64,000 nucleotides of DNA, taken from positions 23,374,001 to 23,438,000 of the forward strand of contig NC_091999.1 in the NCBI RefSeq assembly GCF_044704955.1. Reading direction: 5' to 3'. This DNA comes from Pristiophorus japonicus (lineage: Eukaryota). The translations under genes were made by a program, and so were the position numbers. The notes under the pieces are model-generated. The model did no database searches. It was given only the letters and a program-made list of their open reading frames with translations, and was not told the origin of the DNA. Shown here in pieces: positions 51,291-62,700 of the stretch (position 1 is its first letter; each line of letters starts with the position of its first letter).

Positions 51291-54200
51291 ATAGAAACAT
51301 AGAAACTAGGTGCAGGAGTAGGCCATTCGGCCCTTCTAGCCTGCACCGCCATTCAATGAGTTCATGACTGAACATGCAACTTCAGTACTCCATTCCTGCC
51401 TTCTCGCCATACCCCTTGATCCCCCTAGTAGTAAGGACTTCATCAAACTCCTTTTTTAATATATTTAGTGAATTGGCCTCAACAACTTTCTGTGGTAGAG
51501 AATTCCACAGGTTCACCACTCACTGGGTGAGGAAGTTTCTCCTCATTTCGGTCCTAAATTGCTTACTCCTTATCCTCAGACTGTGTCCCCTGGTTCTGGA
51601 CTTCCCAACATTGGGAACATTCTCCGTGGATCTAACCTTTCTAAACCCATCAAAATTTTAAACGTTTCTATGAGGTCCCCTCTCATTTTTCTGAACTCCA
51701 GTGAATACAAGCCCAGTTGATCCAGTCTTTCTTGATAGGTCAGTCCCGCCATCCCGGGAATCGCCGCACTCCCTCAATAGCAAGAATGTCCTTCCTCAGG
51801 TTAGGAGATCAAAACTGTACACAATACTCCAGGTGTGGCCTCACCAAGGCCCTGTACAATTGTAGCAACACCTCCCTGCCCCTGTACTCAAATCCGCTCG
51901 CTATGAAGACCAACATGCCTTTTGCTTTCTTAACCGCCTGCTGTACCTGCATGGCAACCTTCAATGACTGATGTACCATGACACCCAGGTCTCGTTGCAC
52001 CTCCCATTTTCCTAATCTGTCACCATTCAGATAATAGTCTGTCTCTCTGTTTTTACCACCAAAGTGGATAACCTCACATTTATCCACATTATACCTCATC
52101 TGCATGCATTTGCCCACTCACATAACCTATCAAAGTCGCTCTGCAGCCTCCTGGCATCCTCCTCGCAGCTCACACTGCCACCCAACTTAGTGTCATCCGT
52201 AAATTTGGAGATACTACATTTAATCCCATCGTCTAAATCATTAAGGTACAATGTAAACAGCTGGGGCCCCAGCACAGAACATTGCGGTACCCCACTAGTC
52301 AATGCCTGCCATTCTGAAAAGTACCCATTTACTCCTACACTTTGCCTCCTGTCTCACAACCAGTTGTCAATCCATGTCAGCGCACTACCCCCAATCCCAT
52401 GTGCTTTAACTTTGCACATTAACCTCTTGTGTGGGACCTTGTCGAAAGCCTTCTGAAAGTCCAAATATACCACATCAACTGGTTCTCCCTTGTCCACTCT
52501 ACTGGAAACATCCTAAAAAAATTCCAGAAGATTTGACAAGCATGATTTCCCTTTCACAAATCCATGGTGACTTGGACCTATCATGTCACATCTTTCCAAA
52601 TGCACTGCTATGACATCCTTAATAATTGATTCCATCATTTTACCCACTACCGGTGTCAGGCTGACCGGTCTATAATTCCCTGTTGTCTCTCTCCCTGCTT
52701 TTTTAAAAAGTGGGATTACATTGGCTGCTCTCCACTCGATAGGAACTGATCCTGAGTCAATGGAATGTTGGAAAACGACGGTCAATGCATCCGCTATTTC
52801 CAAGGCAACCTCCTTAAGTACGCTGGGATGCAGTGCATCAGGCCCTGGTGATTTATCGGCCTTCAATTCCATCAATTTCCCCAACACAATTTCCCGACTA
52901 ATAAGAATTAACTCAGTTCCTCCTCCTTACTAGACCCTCTGAACCCTTTTATATCCGGAAGGTTGTTTGTGTCCTCCTTAGTGAATACCGAACCAAAGTA
53001 CTTGTTCAACTGGTCCGCCATTTCTTTGTTCCCCGTTATGATTCCCCTGATTCTGACTGCAGGGGACCCACCTTTGTCTTTACTAACCTTTTTCCCTTAC
53101 ATATCTATAGAAACGTTTGCAATCCATCTTAATGTTCTCTGCAAGCTTCTTCTCGTAATCCATTATCCTTGCCCTCATCAAACCCTTTGTCCTCCTCTGC
53201 TAAGTTCTAAATTTCTCCCAGTCCCCGGGTTCGCTGCTATTTCTGGCCAATTTGTATGCCACTTCCCTGGCTTTAATACTATCCCTGATTTCCCTTGATA
53301 GCCACGGTTGAGCCACCGTCCCTTTTTCATTTTTACGCCAGACAGCAATGTACAATTGTTGTAGTTCATCCATGCGGTCTCTAAATGTCTGCCATTGCCC
53401 ATCCACAGTCAACCCCTTAAGTCTCATTCGCCAATCTATCTTTGCCAATTCACGCCTCATATCTTCAAAGTTAGCCTTCTTTAAGTTCTGGACCATGGTC
53501 TCTGAATTAACTGTTTCATTCTGCATCCTAATGCAGAATTCCACCATATTATGGTCACTCTTCCCCAAGGGGTCTCGCAAAACGAGATTGCTAATTAATC
53601 CTCTCTCATTACACAACACCCAGTCTAAGATGGACTCCCCCCTAGTTGGTTCCTCGACATATTGGTCTCGAAAACAATCCCTTATGCACCCCTGGAAATC
53701 CTCCTTCACCGTATTGCTTCAAGTTTGGTTCGCCCAATCTATGTGCATATTAAAGTCACCCATTATAACTGCTGCACCTTTATTGCTTGCACCGCTAATT
53801 TCCTGTTTGATGCCCTCCCCGACATCACTACTACTGTTGTGAGGTCTGTACACAACTCCGACGAACGTTTTTTGCCCTTTGGTGTTCTGCAGCTCTACCC
53901 ATATAGATTCCACATCATCCAAGCTAATGTCCTTCCTAACTATTGCATTAATCTCCTCTTTTACCAGCAATGCTACCCCACCTCCATTTCCTTTTATTCT
54001 ATCCTTCCTGAAAGTTGAATACCCCTGGATGTTGAGTTCCCAGCTCTGATCATCCTGGAGCCACGACTCTGTAATCCAAATCACATCATATTTGTTAAGA
54101 ACTATTTGCACAGTTAATTCATCCAACTTATTACGGATACTCCTTGCATTAAGACACAAAGCCTTCAGGCTTGTTTTTTTAACATCCTTTGTCCTTTTAG

Positions 54201-54415
54201 AATTTTGCTGTACAGTGGCCCTTTTTGTTCTTTGCCTTGGGTTTCTCTGCCCTCCACTTTTCCTCATCTCCTTTCTGTCTTTTGCTTTTGTCTCCTTTTT
54301 GTTTCCCTCTGTCTCCCTGCATTGGTTCCCATCCCCCTGCCATATTAGTTTAACTCCTCCCCAACAGCACTAGCAAACACTCCCACTCGGGCATTGGTTC
54401 CGGTCCTGCCCAGGT
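51291..54415 (-). mobile_element. Young CR1 with the whole ORF2 region and the end of ORF1, nested in an older CR1
   Basis: LCLNARSIRNK, ITESWL, GDFN and RT motifs (ORFs 51809-54267), with frameshifts; splits the host CR1 between cccaat and gacaataaag. Confidence 0.94.
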
Positions 54416-55730
54416 AGGACAATAAAGTATCTATAGGGAGGAGGAAACTTCAAACAATCAGTTTCACTAAAGAAAGATTATTGGGTAAAATAATAGGACT
54501 AAAGTTGGATAAGGCGCCTGGAATTGATGGTCTGCTTCCTCGGGTCTTAAAAGAAGTGGCTGCAGAGATATTGAATGGATTGGTTGCAATTTACCAAAAT
54601 TCCCTGGATTTTGGAGAGATCCCAACAGGTTGGAAAATCGCAAATATAACGGTCATATTTAAAAAAGTAAGACGACAGAAAGCAGGAAATTGTGCACAGG
54701 TTCCTTTAGTAAGGTATAAGAAGCATTACATTTGGAAACGCATGACACATTCAAGCGGAGTCAGCATGCTTTTTTGAAAAGAAAATCATGTTTGGCAAAT
54801 TTTCTTGAGTTCTTTGAGGATGTAATTATCAGGGTGATAAGGGGGTACGAGTGTATGTGCTGTATTTGGATGTCCAGAAGGCATTCGATAAGTTGCCACA
54901 TAAAAGGTTACTGCAAAGGATACAAGCTCAGGGGGTCGGTGGTAATATAATGGCATAGATAGAGATTTGGCTAACTAAAGAAAAGAAAGTGTTGGAATAA
55001 ACGGGTCATTTTACGGTGAGCAAACGGTTACTATTGGGATGCCACAGTTATCGGTGCTATGGCCTCAACTATTTACAATCTATATTAATGAGTTGGTTGA
55101 AGGGACCGAATATAATTTAGCCAACTTTGCTGATGACACAAAAATGCGTGGGAAAGCATGTTGTGAGGAGGACACAAATAATCTGCAAAGGGATATAGAC
55201 AGGCTAAGTGAGTGGGAAAACATTTGGCAGATGGTGTATAAATTGCGAAAGTGTGAGCTTATCCACTTTGGCACGAACAATAAAAAAGCAATGTAATATT
55301 TTAATGGAGATGGATTACAAAATGCAGTAGGACAGAGGGGCCTGACGTCTTGAGCATGAAATACAAAAGTTAGTATTTATGTACAGCAAGTAATCAGGAA
55401 GGCAAATTGAATGTTGGTCTTTATTGCAAAGAGGATGGAAGTTAAACACAGGGAAATCCTGCTACACTGTAGAGGTTATTGGTTTGACCACACCAACATT
55501 ACTGCATACAGTTTTGGTCTCCTTATTTAAGGATGGATATCCTGGTTTTGGAGGCAGTTCAGAAAAGTTTCACCACTTTGAATCCTGTGATAAAAGGGGG
55601 GACTGATGAAAATAGGTTGATCAGGTTTGATCTATACACATTGGGGATTAGAAGAATGAGAAGTGATCACATTGAAACATATAAGTTACTGAGGGTGTTC
55701 GACAAGGTAGATGCAGAGAGTATGTTTAAC
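54416..55730 (+). mobile_element. Third paralogous copy of the older CR1 fragment (begins at ~51236, before the nested insertion)
   Basis: Collinear with 48667-50045 and truncated at the same 3' point. Confidence 0.88.
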
Positions 55731-56789
55731 TATCAATCTAGCTGTCCATTTTCCTCCACCCACCCGAATTGGATCCGATTTCTGATGTGAATCTCAATAG
55801 TATACAAGCATTGGTGAGATGAATGTTTTACTCAACCCCAGAACTTGAGGTGAAATGTAAACGCTGCCAGGGGTTGAAGGACTGCTATTTCTAATGGTGG
55901 ACAGGACGTGTCAGTAGTTCAGTACCTTTATTTGGATCTGGATTCAAATTCAGACACAGATAGACGGGATACAGCTGTCCTCCCATATTGGTGGACTGGG
56001 TCGGCCAATGTTCCTGAGCTATGTTATTACAGAGTGACAGTGTTCATATTCGATCTGGTGTCAGTCGATACTGATATTTTCATCTGTGACTTCCTCACAC
56101 TACATTTGTACATGCCTGCTCCCATAACCACCGTGCAGTAAATCTTGTGTCAGTACATACTGAGATTTATATCTCCTGACTTCCTCCCACAATATTTGTG
56201 TATGACTAGTTCTCACTGCCATTGTGCAGTAGATCATGTTTCAGCACACAATATGATTTCTATACCCTGATGATGGCACTAAGCATTTTCCACATTCTTA
56301 ATCCGAACGGAAAACTGAGATGAGCTTTTATTCAAAATAATTCGCTATCCTTCTGTTCACATCCTTGATCTACTCCTTGGCATTCAAAAGGAATTTTGTC
56401 AATCAACCAAATTGTTTATTGCATCAATACCTTTCTATCTATCAGTCTGCCCAATAATCTACATATTGCTCTATCTATGTTAATTTATATCAACAACTCT
56501 CTCTATATGCTTGNNNNNNNNNNNNNNNNNNNNNNNNNNNNNNNNNNNNNNNNNNNNNNNNNNNNNNNNNNNNNNNNNNNNNNNNNNNNNNNNNNNNNNN
56601 NNNNNNNNNNNNNNNNNNNNNNNNNNNNNNNNNNNNNNNNNNNNNNNNNNNNNNNNNNNNNNNNNNNNNNNNNNNNNNNNNNNNNNNNNNNNNNNNNNNN
56701 NNNNNNNNNNNNNNNNNNNNNNNNNNNNNNNNCCATCGATCTGTCCATCTATGCACATATCTATCTATCTGTCTATCTATCTGTCTACT

Positions 56790-57340
56790 GAACATGCTGG
56801 ACATAATCAGCAGGTCTGACTGTGTCTGTGGAGAGATAAGTAGGTTTAAGATTTCAGGTCGAAGACCCTTCATCAAAAGTGGAAACAGTTGGATATGTTA
56901 CATATTATTAAGCAAGTTTCAAGTCAGGGTTAGGTGGTGTGGAGTAAAGAACAAATGATAAGCTCTGTGATAGAATGGAAGGCAAGAGTGATATATAGAC
57001 AAAAGCGATGATGGTGCTAGGCAAAAGGAGATGGTATGGGACAAGTTAAGAAACAAATGTTTGGTCCGCATGAAGTATAAATGGGAACGGCAGAACCATC
57101 AACTGCTGCCATTTGGCAGAAAAACATAGAGGGGGAAGTTCTGGTCTGAAATTCTATTGAATTCGATATTGAGCAAGTAATGCTATAAAATCGAAGATAA
57201 GGTGCTATTCCTCGTGCTTGCATTGAGATTCGTTGGAACCGTGTAAGAGACTGAGGATGGAGACGTCAGTGTGGGAGTGGAGCAGAAAATTAAAGCGAGA
57301 AGCGGGTTCATGCTTATGGGCTGAATGGAACTATTCTTCA
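56790..57340 (-). mobile_element. Penelope-like element 3' fragment
   Basis: Terminal motif ttgatgaagggtcttcgacctgaaa...tctccacagacacagtcagacctgctga plus adjacent degenerate coding remnant. Confidence 0.6.
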
Positions 57341-57940
57341 AAGGTGTACAAGTGTGGTCTCGATATCACACTTAGGACGCTGTGTTCAGTTCTGACCTAC
57401 ATAATCACACTTAATTTACTGAGCATAGTTCTGGCTTCCATATGAGAAGAATGATACAGAAGCACTGGAGAAGTGCAAATAAAGATTTCCAAGGAGAATA
57501 CCAGAACTGAACGATTTTAACTGCCAAGAATAAATTAAACCGGCTGGGGATCTTTTTTTTCAAGAAAAGGGAAGGCTGAGGGGTGACCGAATAAAGTTTT
57601 TTGAAATTATGAAGGGGTTTGAAAGGTTAGTCGGGTCGAAGATATTTCTGCTTGAGTAGGAGCCTGATACTAGGGCCCATAAATATAAGATATTCAATAG
57701 GTAATTCAGGAGGGTCTTCTTTACCCAGAGAGTGGGTAGATTGTGGATCTCGCTACCATAGGTAGTAGTAATTGAGGCAAATATCATAGATGCATTTCAG
57801 GGGAATGCAGATAAGTACACGACGGATAAAGGGATCGAAGGTGATGATAGGTGGTGATGAAGTAGGGAGAGAGGAGACTCATGTGTAACATAAAAATCAG
57901 CCTATTGGACTGAATGGCCTGTTTCTATGAAAAAAACTCT
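57340..57940 (+). mobile_element. Old CR1 3' fragment
   Basis: RT C-terminal remnants (TRAHKYKI, FFTQRV) and 3' UTR. Confidence 0.75.
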
Positions 57941-58000
57941 TCACAATTCTTAATTGTTTGGATTGCAATAAATCATATCAATAAAATAAATTTCTTGCAC

Positions 58001-58282
58001 ATCGTGTGGTACATCATTCAACCGTTATCCTCATCCTGACGTCCGTGAAGAAATCACCAGCATCAAATATGCATCAGCTGTGTGTTCAATCCTCGAATTC
58101 CGTCCAAAGAGTGAGACCTTGAATTGGCTGAGCACTCATGCATTAGGGCTTCGTCACCTCTCCCATCTGTGAAGTGAACTGAAACTTCTCGGTGACCAGT
58201 CGGCTGACATTGCCCCTTGTCTCTACCTGCCAGGTCTCTCATCAAGTGTTCACACAAAGCCAAAACTTCGCCAGATCTCACG
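58001..58282 (+). pseudogene. IGHM: Shark IgM CH2 exon, degenerate and isolated
   Basis: DRVVHHSTVILILTS[fs]EEITSIKYASAVCSILEFRPKSETLNWLSTHAL[fs]GFVTSPICEVN*NFSVTSRLTLP[deletion]TCQVSHQVFTQSQNFARSH matches shark Cmu2. Acceptor CAG>CAC, donor GT>AT. Confidence 0.88.
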
Positions 58283-58619
58283 ATAATGGACACCAGCCCG
58301 CGGAGTCCCAAATGATTATGAGCGCGGATGTCAATCAGAGCTTTTATTCGAATTAGTAAAGAGCACAGAACTTTTTTCATTGCCAAACATACAGATTGGA
58401 CTTCCTTTCGTTGTACGTCCTAAGTTAAGTTCCCTCATGGTTCAGGATTCCATAACCTCGTCAAAGGTTTCCCTGAGCGGTGATGTCGGATAGTGAGTGA
58501 GGTGTCCTTAGTCTGAGGTTTATGCTGAGAAAGCTCTATTTCTAATATACAATCGTGCTGTTTATGGTTTCTTCCATTATAATATAAAAGAAAGAAATGC
58601 CATGGCCGAACTCCAGTTG

Positions 58620-59003
58620 TCCTAAAGTGCTTCACCACCAAGGAAGTTCTTCTTGAATTGTGGTCACTGTTTTACTGTAGAAATCGCGTCGGCCAATGTT
58701 CAGACAGTAAGGTCCCACGAACAGCAATGTGATAATGACCAGATAATCCTTTTGTTTAGTGCTGTTTGTTGAGTCGTAAGTATTGTCCAGGACAACTGGG
58801 AGAAATGCCCTGCTCATCTTCGAAATAAACCCAAGGGATATTTTCCATCCACTTCAAAGGGCAGATGGGGCCTTGGTTTCCTATCTCATCCGAAATATGG
58901 TACTCCCACAATGCAGCGCTCCCTCAGTATTGCACTGGGAGTAGCAGCTTACATTTTTTGTTCAAGAATGTGGAGTGCGACTTGAACCCACAATCTTCTG
59001 ATT
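58620..59003 (-). mobile_element. tRNA-derived SINE (same family as 42965-43410)
   Basis: Reverse complement contains gattgtgggttcaagtc and ctgagggagcgctgcatt. Confidence 0.75.
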
Positions 59004-59044
59004 CGGGATTCCTCATGGTTCAGGATTTAATAACCTCGCAACAT

Positions 59045-59180
59045 GTTCGCCCTGGCGAAGGGTCATCGACCTGAAACGTTAACTATTTTGTCTCTCCACA
59101 GATGCTGCCTGACCCGCTGAGATTTCCAGTATTTTCTGTTTTTTTTTCAGATTGCAGCATCTGCAGTATTTTGCTCTTGC
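59045..59180 (+). mobile_element. Penelope-like terminal-repeat fragment
   Basis: gaagggtcatcgacctgaaacgttaac...tctccacagatgctgcctgacc. Confidence 0.6.
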
Positions 59181-59319
59181 TTTCCCTCTGCTCTAATTTC
59201 ACATAATATGTCTGCTGCCCTTGGTCTCAGGTTTATACTGAGATGGAGCGACAGGCGGTGTTGGAACCCTTTGCTGGTAACTGTCTCAGGACCCACTGCT
59301 AAAAAGGGCGCCTGCCCTA

Positions 59320-59766
59320 TTTAGAACATTGTGTTCAGTTCCGTGCACCGCGCTGCAGGATGGATATACCGGCTTTAGAACGGGTGCAATGCAAATTCAC
59401 CCGAATCATACCGGGGCTAAAATGCGGACAGGTAGCACAGAATAGGCTTGTATTACTTTGCATTTTGAAGGTAAAGAGGTGATATAAGTTGTTTAACTTG
59501 ATAAACGGAATTGTTAGGGTAGAGAGAAAATATTTCCTTGGTGCGGGATTGAGAACAAGGGGCAGAAACTCAAAATTCGAGCGAGCCCATTGAGGAGTGA
59601 GGTCAGGAAGGATTCTTTCACACAAATGATAATAGTAATCTGGAAATCTCTCCCCCAACAGCTGTTGAGGCGGAGGATCAATTGAAAATGTCAAAACTGA
59701 GATTGATACATCTTTGTTAGGCAAGGGGTTACACAAATGAGGCGGATAGATGATATTGAGGTATAG
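59320..59766 (+). mobile_element. Old CR1 3' fragment, cut by the Gypsy insertion
   Basis: LEHCVQF, LERVQCKFTRIIPGL remnants. Confidence 0.75.
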
Positions 59767-62700
59767 TATTGTGTTCCTAACACAGATGAGACTTCAGAGG
59801 AAGGTTAAAGTAACAGTGACCTCAGTCTTTATTAAGACAATCCAGAGTGAGTAACAGACCTTCGGGGCCAGCTTATATACAGTGCTCTCAAGGGATGCTG
59901 GGATCCCTTGGGTCTTCTGGGGATGCGCTCCCTGGTGGCGGAACATGGGAGTGCATGCTTTACAGATGCACATCATCACTCCCCCTCAAAGTCAAAGTGA
60001 AAACTATTTACAAGGTGAGGCGGTCGGGAGCCTTTCTTTCCCTGGTGGACGGCCTTGATACAAATGTCGGTTCTGGTGTGTTGGCTGCACCCTCGCTGGG
60101 CTGGTGTGTTGTTGGCCCTGCAGAGCTGCTGGGTGAGCCTGGCCTTGCTGGGCTGTTGGGCGTGATGGGTTCGATTTCCTGGTCCGGCGTGGTGTTGTTG
60201 ATCCTTTTGGTGTGTGTTATGCGCTCGAAAAAGGTGGTGTCTGTTGTGGGTTGTTCAGGGCAGTCTATGAACCACAGCCTCGTGTGGTCCAAGTGCTTCT
60301 GCAAATTTGTCCATTGGCTAGTTTGAGTACAAACATCCTACTCCCTTCTTTAGCTATCACCCTGCCCGCGATCCACTTCGGACCATGTCCATAGTTTAGC
60401 ACATACACAGGGTCATTCAGATCAATTTCCCCTGACACAGTGGCGCGACCATCGTTTACATTTTGTTGCTGCCGCCTGCTCTCTACCTGGTCATGCAGGT
60501 TGTGGAGAACCAGTGAGAGTCTGGTTTTAAGTGTCCTTTTCATGAATAGCTCAGCCGGGGGAACCCTTGTGAGTGAGTGGGGTCACGTGCAGTAGCTGAG
60601 CAGCACTCGGGACAGGCGGGTTTCGAGTAAGCCTTCTGTGACTTGTTTGAGGCTCTGTTTGATTGTTTGTACTGCCCGCTCTGCCTGCTCATTGGAGGAT
60701 GGTTCAAACGGGGCGGAGGTGAAATGTTTGATCCCATTGCGGGTCATGAATTCTTTAAATTCGGCACTGGTGAAACATGGCCCGTTGTCACTGACCAGTA
60801 TGTAAGGCTGGCCGTGGGCGGCAAACATGGCCCTCAGGCTTTCAATGATGGCGGTGGCGGTGCTTCCCGACATTATTTCACATTCAATCCATTTTGAAAA
60901 ATCATCCACCACCACCAGGAACATTATACCGAGAAACGGGCCCGCATAGTCGACATGGATCCTCGATCATGGTCTGGAGGGCCAGGACTACAAATTTAGT
61001 GGTGCCTCTCTGGGCGTGTTGCTCAACTGAGCACGCATGCTGCATTGGCATACACAAGACTTCAAGTCAGAGTCGATACCGGGCCACCACACGTGGGATC
61101 TGGCTATCGCTTTCATCATTACTTTACCCGGTGGTGTGCTTTGGAGATCCGAGATGAACGTCTCCCTGCCCGTTTTGGGTAGCACTAGGTGGTTACTGCA
61201 CAACAGGCAGTCTGCCTGAATGGACAGCTTGTCCTTTCACCGCTGGAACGGCTTGATTAGCTTTTGCATTTCAACGGGTTTCCTGCCCAGCTCGCATGCA
61301 GTACACAGTTTTTTACTCGTGACAAAAGGGGTTCTTGGCTGATCCAAGTCCGAATCTGGTGGTCCGTGATCGGTGATTTATCATTTTCAAACGCTTCCAT
61401 GCCCATCAACAAGTCTGCGGGCTGCGCCACCGTCAATAAGTTTGCAGGCTGCGCCATTTACACCCCCATGGTGGGCAATGGTAGCCAACTGAGAACAACT
61501 GCACAGTTATCGGTGCCTGGCCTGTGGCGGATGGTATAGTTATACGCTGATAGTGCGAGTGCCCACCTTTGTATGCGGGATGAGACATTAGTATTTATCC
61601 CCTTGTTTTCAGTGAACAGGGATATGAGGGGCTTGTGATCGGTTTCTAGCTCAAATATGAGGCCAAACAGGTACTGACGCATTTTATATACCCCGAACAC
61701 ACACGTTAATGCGTTTTTATCAATCATTCTGTAGGCCCTCTCGGCCTTAGACAAGCTCCTGGAGGCATAGGCGAAATGTTGCAACTTCTCCACATTGTTA
61801 GCTTGTTGTAATACACACTCGACTCTGTACGACGACGCATCACATGCTAGCACAAGTCTTTTACATGGGTTATGCAATACAAGCAGCTTAATGGAGCATA
61901 AAATATTTCTGGCTTTCTCAAAAGCAATACTTGTTTTTTTCCCCATAACCAGTTCTCACCTTTAGTCAATAACACATGTAGGGGCTCTAAGAGGATGCTT
62001 AACCCCGGCAGGAAGTAATCAAAATAGTTAAGGAGTCCCAGGTACGACCGAAGCTGAAGGACCTCCTCCAAGTTTTGTAGGTGCTCGATGGTGTCCCGAC
62101 CTGTGACCAATATGTCGTCATGAAAAACCACCGTGCGTGGTACTGACTTGAGTAGGCTCTCCGTGTTTCTCTGGAAGATCGCTGCAGCCGACCGAGTTCC
62201 AAATGGGTATCTGTAGTAGATGAACAATCCTTTTGCGTGTTGATGCAGGTGAGGCCATTCGAAGACTCCTCCAGCTCTTGCGTCATGTAGGCCGAAGTCA
62301 GGTCGAGCTTGGCCAACATCTTGCCTCCTGCCAGCGTCACAAATACGTCATCTGCCTTAGGTAGTGGGTATTTGTCCTGTAGAGAGAAACGATTAATAGT
62401 TACTTTATAATCGCCACAAATCCAGACCGTGCCATCACTTTTGAGTACTGGAACAATCGGGCTGGCCCACTCGCTGAATTCTACTGGGGAGATGATGCCC
62501 TCGCGTTGCAGCCTGTCCAGCTCGATTTCCATTCTGTCCCTCATCATGTGCAGTACCGCTCGCGCCTTGTGGTGAAAGGGTCGTGCCTCTGGGACCAAGT
62601 GGCACCTTCGCCCGGAAATGTTTCCAATGCCTGGCTCAAAAAGGAAGGACATTTTTGAAGAACCTGTGATAGCGCTCGGAAGTCATCCCAGTTCCGACGG

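Noticed and set aside
21028-56876. ORFs containing long X runs
   Set aside because: Artefacts of N-runs and flanking microsatellites.
58063-58386. Minus-strand ORF MAMKKVLCSLL...
   Set aside because: Antisense to the IgM CH2 relic, which explains the sequence.
180-59766. Strand bias of CR1 insertions
   Set aside because: The youngest copies are on minus, but overall plus and minus copies are similar in number and several are duplicates; the sample is too small.
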